The notes beneath the pieces were generated by a model. That model had not been told where the DNA came from and did not search any database. It was given only the letters and a program-made list of their open reading frames with translations. Positions 1-9,454 of a stretch of DNA of 59,491 nt are shown piece after piece. The position numbers were made by a program, and so were the translations under genes. The stretch lies in NCBI GenBank assembly GCA_964627245.1, contig CAZVGS010000007.1, forward strand, positions 1 through 59,491, read 5' to 3'. Numbering within the stretch: position 1 is the stretch's first letter; each line of letters starts with the position of its first letter. Origin of the DNA: an uncultured Gammaproteobacteria bacterium (GTDB taxonomy: Bacteria; Patescibacteriota; Microgenomatia; Levybacterales; GWA1-39-11).

Positions 1-98
1 AAAGACTATCATTCTACTTTAGAAGTGTAACCGATGTATCTCAGCCTACACATCATCACTGTGATAACATGTAAAATGAAGCTTTTCAGATGAGATAC

Positions 99-107
99 TG
101 ATAAAAT
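99..107 (+). promoter_or_regulatory. Extended -10-like box TGaTAAAAT, 9 nt upstream of the ATG at 117
   Basis: Read directly: tg-a-taaaat at 99-107, then agtattagc, then ATG 117. No SD motif in between. Confidence 0.35.
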
Positions 108-116
108 AGTATTAGC

Positions 117-1181
117 ATGAGAATCGGAATTTATTCTCCCTACCTTCAAACATTAACCGGCGGTGAAAAATATGTCTTTACGGCTGCTTCCTGTCTTTCG
201 AAAGAGCATGACGTTGTGGTATTTTGGGATGATAAAGAAATATTAGCCAGGGCTTCAAAACAATTCAATCTTGATTTGGAGAATGTAAAGGTGGTTGATG
301 ACATTTTTAGCCATAGTTACCCGCCTGCTAAGAGATTTCTTTCAAGTACCAAGTATGACAGAATATTTTTTCTTTCCGATGGGAGTATTCCTTTTATTTA
401 CTGCAAGCTTATTGTTCATTTTCAGTTTCCTGTTGAATGGGTTGATACTAACAGTTTTCTGTTTATGCTTAAGAATTCAAGGATTTCAAAAGTAGTCTGC
501 AATTCTTATTTCACTAAAAGGTACATTGATAAAAAATTTGGTAAAGATAGTTTTATTTTGTACCCTCCTGCTTCTACCAATAGCGAACCGCTTGGCGAAA
601 AGGAAAATCTTATATTAACAGTTGGGAGATTTAGTATTTTACCGAATGGAACCGATTTTAAAAAACTCGCTTTCCTAGCTGAAAGTTTCAAGAAGTTTCA
701 AAGAAAAAGATTGAAAGGTTGGAGAATGGCTATTGTAACTAGTGTTAAAGGGGAAGATGAAGATCGATTCAATAAATTTCAAAGTGAGATAAAAAACAGC
801 AAAATCACAATCTATAAAAATGCCAGCCATGAACAAATTATTTCTTTATATAAAAAGGCAAAAATATATTGGCATGCTTCAGGCTTTGGTGAAGATCTTT
901 TGAAATTTCCGGAAAGAGCTGAACACTTTGGTATATCAACAGTTGAAGCTATGTCGTATGGGGCAGTTCCTGTGGTTGTAGATGCCGGTGGTCAGCCGGA
1001 GATTGTTAAAGAAAATGAAAACGGGTATTTATGGAAGTCCGAGGATGAGCTCATAAAAAAAACACATAAGCTTGCCGTAAACAAAGATTTGTTTGCAAAT
1101 CTTCAAGAAGAGGGCGTTGAGACTTCGAAACGGTTTGGAAAAGAGAGGTTTTGTGAAGAACTCAATCATCTCATATGGTAG
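117..1181 (+). CDS. Glycosyltransferase family 4 (GT-B, retaining type)
   Basis: 354-aa ORF. The C-terminal half carries the GT4 donor-binding signature EHFGISTVEAMSYGAVPVVVDAGGQPEIV...NGYL (E-x7-E). Confidence 0.85.
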   Translation: MRIGIYSPYLQTLTGGEKYVFTAASCLSKEHDVVVFWDDKEILARASKQFNLDLENVKVVDDIFSHSYPPAKRFLSSTKYDRIFFLSDGSIPFIYCKLIVHFQFPVEWVDTNSFLFMLKNSRISKVVCNSYFTKRYIDKKFGKDSFILYPPASTNSEPLGEKENLILTVGRFSILPNGTDFKKLAFLAESFKKFQRKRLKGWRMAIVTSVKGEDEDRFNKFQSEIKNSKITIYKNASHEQIISLYKKAKIYWHASGFGEDLLKFPERAEHFGISTVEAMSYGAVPVVVDAGGQPEIVKENENGYLWKSEDELIKKTHKLAVNKDLFANLQEEGVETSKRFGKERFCEELNHLIW

Positions 1182-3406
1182 AAAAGTTAAAAAAACATTC
1201 AGCAGTTATTGTTCTTATTTTTTTTATTTGTATATTCTATTCGCCATTCCTGCTCTATTCAAAAGTTCCTATTCCATCCGATACTATCGTAGGACTCTAC
1301 AGTCCATATAGAGATTTCTACTCGAAAGACTATCCTAACGGAATACCATTCAAAAACTTTTTGATAACTGACCCGGTTAGGCAAACATATGTATGGAAGG
1401 AGTTGGCAGTAAGCCTTTACAAAAAGGCACAAATTCCTTCATGGAATCCATACGAAATGACAGGTAAGCCATTGGCCGGCAACTTTCAGTCGGGTGCGTT
1501 TTATCCTCTAAACATAATTCTTCTTTTTGGCAGATTTGATTTTTTCTGGTCTCTTTTTATCATCTCCCAAACACTTCTTTTTTCTCTATTCACCTATTTT
1601 TACTTAAGGAGTTTGAAAATTAGTGGATCCTCATCACTCCTCGGATCAACAGCAGCTGCTTTTAGCGGATTTAGCATAAGCTGGTTGGAATGGGGAAACG
1701 TATTGCATACCGTATTGTGGCTTCCTCTAATTCTGCTTTCAATAGATAAGCTTGTATCAAAAGGTGGCAATCGAAATTATATAGTTATCTTAAGTATATC
1801 CGTTATTTCATCAATGCTTGCGGGGCACCTGCAGTTTTTTTTCTACGTTATTCTTACTGCAATAGCTTATTTCATTTTAAGATGGTTTGAGAATGGAAAA
1901 AAGGGCATGAATATCCTGAAACTCCTGGGAGTTCTTTCAATATCTTTTTTAGTCGGGTCTGTACAGTTACTGCCCGCCTTGCAGTTTATTTCTCATTCTG
2001 CAAGAAGTATTGACCAAAACTTTCAGGACATTTCCGGCTGGTTTATTCCTTGGCAGAATTTAATTCAATTCGTTGCCCCTGATTTTTTTGGGAATCCTGC
2101 TACTCTTAACTACTTTGGGGAATGGAATTATGCTGAGTTTGTTGGGTACATAGGAATTGCTTCTTTGTGCTTTGTATTTTATTCTTTTCTAAAAAGAAGC
2201 TCGACCGTTGTATTTTTTGGCGCTGTAAGTGTATCGAGTTTGTTATTTGCGCTTCCTACCGGTATTTCAAGCATTCCATATGTATTAAATATTCCTCTTC
2301 TTTCAAGCGCTCAGCCTACGAGATTGATTTTCTTGGTATCTTTTTCCATGATTATTCTTTCATCTATTGGATTTGAGTATTTTGTTCATAGCAAACAAAA
2401 ATTATCTTTCAAAAATGTTTTTCCTGTCCTTTTAGTAGGAGTTATTTTCATGGCATTATGGATAATATCGCAATTTGGAACGGTTCTTTTTAAGGACCCA
2501 GGCGAAGCATCTATTGCAAAAAGAAATCTGATCTTTCCAAGTATAATATTTTCAGCATGCTTGGCTGGAATTTTACTGCTTTTAAATGTTAACAAAGATA
2601 GGGTAAGAAAAGCTGTATTTATTTTACTAATTTTTATTTCTTTTTTTGATTTGCTTCGTTTCTCACAAAAATTTACTCCTTTTTCTGAAGCTTCATATCT
2701 TTATCCTCAGACAAAGATAATAAATTTTTTGCAGTCTCGGGATGGAGTTTTTAGAATAGCATCACTTGACAGGCGTATTCTTGCACCCAATTTCTCAACT
2801 CATTACAAACTGCAGTCAATTGAAGGGTATGATCCTTTATACTTAAAATCTTACGCTGAGTTTATTGTTTCGCTTGAGAGAGGGAATGGGGATCTAAGTC
2901 AGCCGTACGGCTTTAACCGGATTATTACACCCCATAATTACAACTCTGTACTTTTCGATTTCTTGAATGTTAAATACGTTCTTGCGTATGAGAATTTACC
3001 TTCTGATAAATTTAGGTTTATTTATGAAGAAGGCGCGACTAAGGTATATGAGAATAAAAGTTATTTTGAAAGGGCATTTTTTGTAGAAAATATTGTTGTG
3101 CCAAACAGCATGGAAAAGCTATTTAACGTAGATCTTCATAAAACGGCCGTTGTTGACGGTTTTTACGGAGGATCAGAGTTTTCAAAGGGAGAAGCAACCA
3201 TAATAAGCTATAGTGAAAATGAAATTATAATTAAAACCAAAAATAATGGCGACGGGTTTTTAGTTATTTCAGACGCATACTACCCGACATGGAAAGCACG
3301 AATAGACGGTGTTGCAGCTGAAATACACAAAACAAATCATGCATTTAGAGGAATTGCTATTCCCAAAGGAGAGCACGTAGTTATAATGCAAAACAGCTTA
3401 TTGTAA
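1175..3406 (+). CDS. YfhO-like polytopic membrane protein (GT-C-type glycosyltransferase candidate)
   Basis: 743 aa. The ATG overlaps the upstream stop (ATGGTAG). Many hydrophobic helices span the first ~520 aa. A soluble C-terminal domain ends ISDAYYPTWKARIDGVAAEI...GIAIPKGEHVV, typical of the YfhO family. Confidence 0.65.
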   Translation: MVEKLKKHSAVIVLIFFICIFYSPFLLYSKVPIPSDTIVGLYSPYRDFYSKDYPNGIPFKNFLITDPVRQTYVWKELAVSLYKKAQIPSWNPYEMTGKPLAGNFQSGAFYPLNIILLFGRFDFFWSLFIISQTLLFSLFTYFYLRSLKISGSSSLLGSTAAAFSGFSISWLEWGNVLHTVLWLPLILLSIDKLVSKGGNRNYIVILSISVISSMLAGHLQFFFYVILTAIAYFILRWFENGKKGMNILKLLGVLSISFLVGSVQLLPALQFISHSARSIDQNFQDISGWFIPWQNLIQFVAPDFFGNPATLNYFGEWNYAEFVGYIGIASLCFVFYSFLKRSSTVVFFGAVSVSSLLFALPTGISSIPYVLNIPLLSSAQPTRLIFLVSFSMIILSSIGFEYFVHSKQKLSFKNVFPVLLVGVIFMALWIISQFGTVLFKDPGEASIAKRNLIFPSIIFSACLAGILLLLNVNKDRVRKAVFILLIFISFFDLLRFSQKFTPFSEASYLYPQTKIINFLQSRDGVFRIASLDRRILAPNFSTHYKLQSIEGYDPLYLKSYAEFIVSLERGNGDLSQPYGFNRIITPHNYNSVLFDFLNVKYVLAYENLPSDKFRFIYEEGATKVYENKSYFERAFFVENIVVPNSMEKLFNVDLHKTAVVDGFYGGSEFSKGEATIISYSENEIIIKTKNNGDGFLVISDAYYPTWKARIDGVAAEIHKTNHAFRGIAIPKGEHVVIMQNSLL

Positions 3407-3407
3407 T

Positions 3408-4340
3408 ATGAAAATTGATATTATTATTCCAAACTACAACGGCTCTCATCTTATTGAGAATAACTTATCAAAAGTTATTCTGGCGCATAATAACTTTGAT
3501 GGCAGAATCATATTAGTTGACGATGGGTCACAAAAAGAAGAAAAAATACAACTAAGGAATCTTGTCAGAAAAATTAATTCCCCTAAATTAACCCTAATTG
3601 AACACTCAAAGAATAAAGGTTTTTCCTCGGCAATAAATACAGGTGTCAATGAATCAAACGCAGAATTTGTTGTTCTGCTGAATTCGGATGTAGTTCCAGC
3701 CGCTAATTTCTTGGGAGTACTGGTCGAAAAAATGAAGAGAGACGATTTGTTATTCGGTCTGGGGTGTCTTGACGAAAGTGTAGAAAAGGAAAGAGTTGTA
3801 ATGCGGGGAAGGGGATTGGGTTTTTGGAAAAAAGGAATGCTTTTGCACAAAAAAGGAGACGTTGGGTCAGATGATACCTTCTGGATATCCGGGGGGAGCT
3901 GTATTCTAAGGAGGGCAATTTTTGTTAAGCTCAATGGAATGGATGAGCTTTTCAACCCTTTTTACTGGGAAGACATAGACCTTTCATATAGAGCTAGAAA
4001 AGCAGGATACCATATTGGATTTTGCAAAGAGTCGGTTGTCAGGCACTATCACGAAGAAGGGGCGATAAAAACAGGTTTTACAAGTTCTAAGATAACTAAA
4101 ATTGCATACAGAAATCAATTCATTTTTGTTTGGAAGAACATAACATCTCTTCATTTGTTGGCAAATCATATTCTTTTTTTGCCGGTAAACATTGTTAACG
4201 CAATCAAAGGCGGTGATAGCGCTTTTATTTACGGCTTTATTCTTGCCGTGTTAAAGTTACCTGCTATAATAAAAAAAAGAAAGATTCAAAGAGATTTTTA
4301 TAAGGTAGAGGATATAGAGCTTTTAAATCAAATTTCATGA
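3408..4340 (+). CDS. Glycosyltransferase family 2 (rhamnosyltransferase-like subgroup)
   Basis: Motifs IIIPNYNGSHLI, VDDGS, LLNSDV and FYWEDIDLSYRARKAGY indicate a GT-A fold GT2. Confidence 0.85.
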   Translation: MKIDIIIPNYNGSHLIENNLSKVILAHNNFDGRIILVDDGSQKEEKIQLRNLVRKINSPKLTLIEHSKNKGFSSAINTGVNESNAEFVVLLNSDVVPAANFLGVLVEKMKRDDLLFGLGCLDESVEKERVVMRGRGLGFWKKGMLLHKKGDVGSDDTFWISGGSCILRRAIFVKLNGMDELFNPFYWEDIDLSYRARKAGYHIGFCKESVVRHYHEEGAIKTGFTSSKITKIAYRNQFIFVWKNITSLHLLANHILFLPVNIVNAIKGGDSAFIYGFILAVLKLPAIIKKRKIQRDFYKVEDIELLNQIS

Positions 4341-5068
4341 ATTTATCCAAAAAGACATTATCAATAGTTATCCCCGTTTATAATGAGGAAAAAACAATTG
4401 GGTTTGTTCTGGATCAATTGGAGAAAGTTAATTTTACTGGAGTGACTAAGGAAATTGTGGTCGTGAACGACGGGTCAAGCGACAATTCGGTTAAGATCAT
4501 ACAAGAACGGAAGAATAAAATTTCAGGTTTAAGATTTTTTGATCATAAAATAAATCAAGGGAAGGGGGCAGCTGTTCAGACGGGTCTAAAAAATGCTAAG
4601 GGTGATATATTGATGATCCAGGATGCTGATCTTGAGTACGACCCTAACGATATTCCAAGGCTTCTCAAGCCAATACTGGACAGGCATGCAGATATTGTTT
4701 ATGGAACAAGGCTTAGGCGGATGCCAAACCTCAAAAAAGAGGAAAAAAGTATACGCTTTTTACTTCATTATCTGGGTAACAGGTGGTTGAGCTTGGTTAC
4801 CACAATACTTTACGGGAGTGTTGTAACCGATATGGAGACATGCTACAAACTTTTTACAAAAGAAGCGTTCAAGGGAATTAAATTAAAATCAAGAGGATTT
4901 GATTTGGAACCCGAGATAACCGCTAAATTCTTAAAGAAGGGATTAAAAATTATGGAACTGGATATTGTTACTAAACCACGGGGGTATGATGAAGGAAAAA
5001 AACTCAATACTTTTAGAGACGGATTTAAGGCAATCTGGACGCTATTAAAGTATAGATTTAGTTCATGA
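4337..5068 (+). CDS. GT2, Dpm1/GtrB/ArnC-type polyprenyl-phosphate sugar synthase
   Basis: 243 aa, ATGA-coupled. Motifs: LSIVIPVYNEEKTI, VVVNDGSSDNS, NQGKGAAVQTGL, IQDADLEYDP, DMETCYKLF. No TM segment seen. Confidence 0.7.
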   Translation: MNLSKKTLSIVIPVYNEEKTIGFVLDQLEKVNFTGVTKEIVVVNDGSSDNSVKIIQERKNKISGLRFFDHKINQGKGAAVQTGLKNAKGDILMIQDADLEYDPNDIPRLLKPILDRHADIVYGTRLRRMPNLKKEEKSIRFLLHYLGNRWLSLVTTILYGSVVTDMETCYKLFTKEAFKGIKLKSRGFDLEPEITAKFLKKGLKIMELDIVTKPRGYDEGKKLNTFRDGFKAIWTLLKYRFSS

Positions 5069-6312
5069 CAAATACCAGATTTTCAGTTTCAAGTATAGTA
5101 CTGCCGGCACTTATTGTGCCGATAATAATGACCTACCAGATATTTCCTGGTGATACGAATTACATTCAATTTGGTCTAATATTTCTTGCACTTTTTTTCA
5201 ATTTTTTTCTTGATGCATTTAGTATTTCTGATAAAAAATATTACCTTTTTAAGTATTTCTTGTTTTGGTCTGTTTTGCTACTAGCTGTAGGGGGTGCATT
5301 TGTTTCAACAGTTATCGTAAGACATAATGTTGCACCGGTATTTCAAATTCACGATATTATCCTTCAGCTAGAAGCGGCAATACGGTTTTTTCTTGATGGT
5401 ATAAATCCTTGGGCTGCAACTTACCACAATACGCTAATGGCTAGCTGGCATTACAGTGACACCATGGTTAATCCGGCATTGTACCATTTTGTAATGATGC
5501 CCTTTTACCTTCTTTTCTCACTACCTTTTTATTATTTATCTAATCATTCTATAGGTTATTTCGATGGAAGAATTCCGCTTTTTATATTGTATTTTATTAT
5601 GTGTATCTCAACTTTTGTATTTACAAAAAAACCGGAAAATAAATTGCTCTTCACTTCTTTACTAGCGCTAAATCCTGCAATGTTTTCCTATACACTGGAG
5701 GGGAGAAGCGATGTTTATATGTTCGCTTTTTTGATTTTAGGGTTTATTACGCTTACAAAAAAAATGTATGGAATGTCTGGAGTCGTAATGGCACTTGCCT
5801 TCACAGTAAAGCAATCTGTTTGGCCCTTGCTGCCATTGTATGTTGCATACGTTTACTTTAAGTCCAGGAATGTAAAGTTGACCTTAATGAGGATAAGTTC
5901 TTTCTTTATTGTTACACTATTATTAACGTTGCCTTTTTTCCTTTGGGACCCAATATCATTTCTCAACAGTACGGTTTTCTATCTCTCGGGCAATACCGAG
6001 CATAGCTATCCGATATCAGGTTACGGGCTTGGTGTGCTGCTGCATCAGCTTGGAATAATCAAGGATCTGATATCACCTTACCCTTTTGTTTTTTGGCAGA
6101 TAGTAATTGTCATACCCCTCATGGTTTTTCTAATCAAGTACTTAAAACGGAATCAAAATGTTAGAACTCTAATCTTTACTTATGGAATTTTGCTTTTTGT
6201 TTTTTGGTATTTATCCCGATACTTCAATAACAGCCACGTAGGTTATTTAACCATGGTTTTTACAACAGCATATTTTTGGCCAGAAAGTGAAAAAGAAAAA
6301 AGTAAAAAATAA
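5065..6312 (+). CDS. Polytopic membrane protein, DUF2029/GT87 (PimE-like) GT-C candidate
   Basis: 415 aa, about 10 hydrophobic helices. The first-loop motif HDIILQLEAAIRFFLDGINPW and FTVKQSVWPLLPL resemble the GT87 family. Assignment is by eye only. Confidence 0.45.
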   Translation: MTNTRFSVSSIVLPALIVPIIMTYQIFPGDTNYIQFGLIFLALFFNFFLDAFSISDKKYYLFKYFLFWSVLLLAVGGAFVSTVIVRHNVAPVFQIHDIILQLEAAIRFFLDGINPWAATYHNTLMASWHYSDTMVNPALYHFVMMPFYLLFSLPFYYLSNHSIGYFDGRIPLFILYFIMCISTFVFTKKPENKLLFTSLLALNPAMFSYTLEGRSDVYMFAFLILGFITLTKKMYGMSGVVMALAFTVKQSVWPLLPLYVAYVYFKSRNVKLTLMRISSFFIVTLLLTLPFFLWDPISFLNSTVFYLSGNTEHSYPISGYGLGVLLHQLGIIKDLISPYPFVFWQIVIVIPLMVFLIKYLKRNQNVRTLIFTYGILLFVFWYLSRYFNNSHVGYLTMVFTTAYFWPESEKEKSKK

Positions 6313-7813
6313 AGATCGATTTTTGGAGAGTATTCTTAAGAAGAGTAGAGTCTTTCTGAAGGATAACGTAATGCTCCTCACGATTTTGATACTCTCTTTT
6401 TTTCTGCGGTTTGTTAACTACTCTAACAGGTGGGGTATCGCGTACGACCAAGCAAGAGATGCCATAGTAGTAAATGAGGCAATTGAAAGGTTTGTTTTGC
6501 CATTGATCGGTCCATTTTCAGCTTCGGGTCCTTTTGTTTTTGGCCCGCAATGGTACTGGATAAATATTCTTGTTGTTTTTGTATCTCCTCAATGGATGCT
6601 CGTCCCCTGGTTTTTTCAGGGGGCGGTTTCTTCGCTATTACCTATAATTGCATTTATGGCAGGTAGGCAAATTGCAGGTAAGGGCTTTGGATTATTATTT
6701 GCTTTATTTACAGCGATTTCACCAGCTGTCATAGCCCAATCAACAAATCTTACCTATTCAACGATGGTTGGATTTGTTTGCTTTCTTCTGTTTTTAACTG
6801 TCGTGCGGTATTGGTACAAACCGAGTGATAAAAAACTATTTATAATTTCGTTTCTGGTTGGTTTGTCAATCAACATACACTTTCAAGCTATAGGAACCCT
6901 CGCATTAATCCCATTGATAATCCTTTTTAAGGGATTGTCATTTAGAAAAATTCTGATTTCCGTTCTAGGTCTGGCAGTGCCATTTACACCGATTATTATA
7001 TTTGATTTTATTTCTGATCACTTTCAGACCCGAAATTTAGTTGACTATTTTTTCCTTAACCGGGGAGTTTCCGGACTTCCAAAGAGATGGCTAACATTTG
7101 GTCTTGAGACGATACCAAATATATGGGCCCATATTATTGGGGGGAATATTTTTGCTGCATATTTTGTAGGAATAGGATTAGCTATATTAGGGTTATTCTT
7201 TTCCTTCAAGCGAAAGATGCAAGGCATAGTAGTATTCTTCATGCTTTATTTAGGTGTAAATATAGTAGCTCTGAGATACTTTAAGGGAGGATTGTTTGAC
7301 GCTTTTTTTACCTATCTTCATCCGGTTGTAATTTTTCTATCTGCATGGATGTTATTCCAATTGTTGAAATTGCACAGAAAGGGGGGAATAATCCTTCTTA
7401 TTGCGTTAACTTTTACAACGTTATATAAGACATATGTTGAGATAGTCAATAGTACCAATCTTAAAGCCTCTGCAACTGAGAAGTATGTTGAAGAGCTGAT
7501 AAGGAAATACCCTGGAACAAAATTTGCAGTTTATGATCATAAGTACAAGTATGGTCATGATTCTTTAACTTTGGTTTTGTACTTGAATTCAGAGGGTTTA
7601 CTGAAAAATGACGGGCATAGGATAGGCGTAGTTGTATCTACTTCGAGTGCAATAATGCCTGTCGTGCACTTCAAGCCCATATATGGGAACATAAGGAGTT
7701 TACAGATTTATGACTTGAATTCCTCTTCATCGGCCGAACTTGAGAGTGCTGAGTGGGCTCCTGTTAACCCGTCATACATATATGAGTCTACAGTAGAATG
7801 GTATAAAAAATAG
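6287..7813 (+). CDS. Polytopic GT-C-like membrane protein (subfamily X of the tandem array)
   Basis: 508 aa from GTG 6287; TTG 6323 or ATG 6371 are alternative starts. First external loop WGIAYDQARDAIVVNEAI...GPQWYW. Paralogous to the genes at 11127 and 12640. Confidence 0.55.
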   Translation: MKKKKVKNKDRFLESILKKSRVFLKDNVMLLTILILSFFLRFVNYSNRWGIAYDQARDAIVVNEAIERFVLPLIGPFSASGPFVFGPQWYWINILVVFVSPQWMLVPWFFQGAVSSLLPIIAFMAGRQIAGKGFGLLFALFTAISPAVIAQSTNLTYSTMVGFVCFLLFLTVVRYWYKPSDKKLFIISFLVGLSINIHFQAIGTLALIPLIILFKGLSFRKILISVLGLAVPFTPIIIFDFISDHFQTRNLVDYFFLNRGVSGLPKRWLTFGLETIPNIWAHIIGGNIFAAYFVGIGLAILGLFFSFKRKMQGIVVFFMLYLGVNIVALRYFKGGLFDAFFTYLHPVVIFLSAWMLFQLLKLHRKGGIILLIALTFTTLYKTYVEIVNSTNLKASATEKYVEELIRKYPGTKFAVYDHKYKYGHDSLTLVLYLNSEGLLKNDGHRIGVVVSTSSAIMPVVHFKPIYGNIRSLQIYDLNSSSSAELESAEWAPVNPSYIYESTVEWYKK

Positions 7814-7823
7814 CATATTTATG

Positions 7824-7829
7824 TATAAT
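7824..7829 (+). promoter_or_regulatory. TATAAT -10 box in the 33-nt gap upstream of the gene at 7847
   Basis: atgTATAATt read directly, 17 nt before ATG 7847. No convincing -35. Confidence 0.3.
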
Positions 7830-7846
7830 TTAATAGCAAACAATAC

Positions 7847-9454
7847 ATGTATAAAGCACGATATTATCTTTTGGCAATATTGTTGATTGCCGGGGTTCTT
7901 AGATTTTTTCAAATAGGAAGTATCCCTCCTTCCCTTACTTGGGATGAAGTCTCCTGGGGCTATAATGCTTACGTATTAGGTATTGATGGCAAAGATGAGT
8001 TTGGAAAATTTTTACCTCTTTCTTATCTTGAATCATTTGGCGACTTCAAGCCACCGCTTTATGCTTATCTTGATATTATTCCGGTAAAAATATTTGGATT
8101 AACTGAATTCGCTACCCGTTTTCCATCAGCATTCTTTGGAACAGCAGCCGTTCTACTAACATATTTTACTGTAAAGGAAATATTTGGTACTAAAAGGGAA
8201 GGATTGGCATTGCTGTCTTCTCTGATATTGGCAATTTCCCCTTGGCACATAATGCTTTCAAGAGCTGCATTTGAAGCTAACGTTGCTCAGTTTTTTATTT
8301 TATTGGGAATTTTGACTTTTCTTCTGAGTGTTCGCTCAAACAAACTCTTTCTCTTATTATCTTCAATTTCATTTGTAGCTTCAATGTATACGTTCAATAG
8401 TGCGAGGATAGTAGCACCTATTTTGGTAATTGTGCTTTTATTCTCATTCTGGAAGACGCTGATTAAATATCCAAAAACGGTTATATCTTCCGGCTTATTA
8501 GGTGTTATTTTATTCCTGCCTCTTTTGCTTTTCATAAATACTCCTCAAGCAAAGCTTAGATTTAATGAAGTAAATATATTTTCAGATATAAAAGTTATTG
8601 AGAGAATAAATCAGCAAGTTGAAAATGACAGTAGTTCTATTCTTTCAAAAACCGTTCACAACAGAAGGTTTGCTTATGGAGTCGAATATTTGAGACATTA
8701 TTTTGACAACTTTAATCCCGCATTTCTATTTATAAAGGGGGACGGAAATCCAAAATTTTCCATACAAGATGTTGGCCAATTATATTTGTGGGAAATACCC
8801 TTTTTTATAGCAGGCATTCTTATACTATTTAGAAAGAGGGAAGGGTATTGGTGGATTGTTCCTGTGGTTATATTTGTCGGGATTTTGCCGGCAGGTTTTG
8901 CGCGCGAAACTCCACACGCTTTAAGAATTGAAAATGCTTTGCCTATGTTTCAGATAATTACCGCATTGGGCGTGATTTATTTGGTTGGTAAACTAAAAAA
9001 ATACAGAAAATTTGCGGTAGGTTTGATTTCTTTCTTAATACTTCTTAATTTTACTTATTTTATTCATAATTACCTTACGCATTATTCAAGAGAATTTTCA
9101 GGAGAATGGCAGTATGGGTATAAAGAATCAATTGATTTCGCTTCAAAGAATTCTGGGAGTTACGATAAGATATATGTAACTACAGCACTTGGAAGGCCAT
9201 ATATATACTACCTTTTTTACCTAAAATATGATCCTAAGACTTTCAGAAGTGAAGCAGATATTTACCGTGAGCCTCTTGGATTTGTCCACGTAAATTCTTT
9301 TTCAAATTTCGAGTTTGCTGATGATCTAGGAGAGATTAATGAACCCCACTCATTATACATTGCCTTACCCCGTGAAATTCCTGACAACGCAGAAATTGTT
9401 AAAGAATTCAAGCTTCTAAATGGTGAAATTCAGCTAGTTGCTTACACATTATGA
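7847..9454 (+). CDS. PMT_2/GT39-ArnT-like GT-C glycosyltransferase (subfamily A)
   Basis: 535 aa. Motifs: PPSLTWDEVSWGYNAY..GKDEFGKFLPL..FGDFKPPLYAYL, RFPSAFFG, ISPWHIMLSR, NRRFAY, ETPHALR. C-terminal domain YGYKESI...YIYYLFYLKYDP. Confidence 0.75.
   Translation: MYKARYYLLAILLIAGVLRFFQIGSIPPSLTWDEVSWGYNAYVLGIDGKDEFGKFLPLSYLESFGDFKPPLYAYLDIIPVKIFGLTEFATRFPSAFFGTAAVLLTYFTVKEIFGTKREGLALLSSLILAISPWHIMLSRAAFEANVAQFFILLGILTFLLSVRSNKLFLLLSSISFVASMYTFNSARIVAPILVIVLLFSFWKTLIKYPKTVISSGLLGVILFLPLLLFINTPQAKLRFNEVNIFSDIKVIERINQQVENDSSSILSKTVHNRRFAYGVEYLRHYFDNFNPAFLFIKGDGNPKFSIQDVGQLYLWEIPFFIAGILILFRKREGYWWIVPVVIFVGILPAGFARETPHALRIENALPMFQIITALGVIYLVGKLKKYRKFAVGLISFLILLNFTYFIHNYLTHYSREFSGEWQYGYKESIDFASKNSGSYDKIYVTTALGRPYIYYLFYLKYDPKTFRSEADIYREPLGFVHVNSFSNFEFADDLGEINEPHSLYIALPREIPDNAEIVKEFKLLNGEIQLVAYTL

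Noticed and set aside
1-116. Possible 3' end of an upstream gene (frame 1 reads KDYHSTLEV* ending at 30), or a small RNA
   Set aside because: Only 9 codons are visible and stops occur in all frames, so nothing can be supported.
3446-3955. 169-aa minus-strand ORF, and similar antisense ORFs at 24142-24489, 26866-27369, 41190-41531 and 47366-47752
   Set aside because: Each lies entirely inside a + strand gene with unambiguous family motifs. Their translations are low-complexity Ser/Leu/Phe/Ile-rich with no recognisable motifs. Such antisense frames are expected in AT-rich coding DNA.
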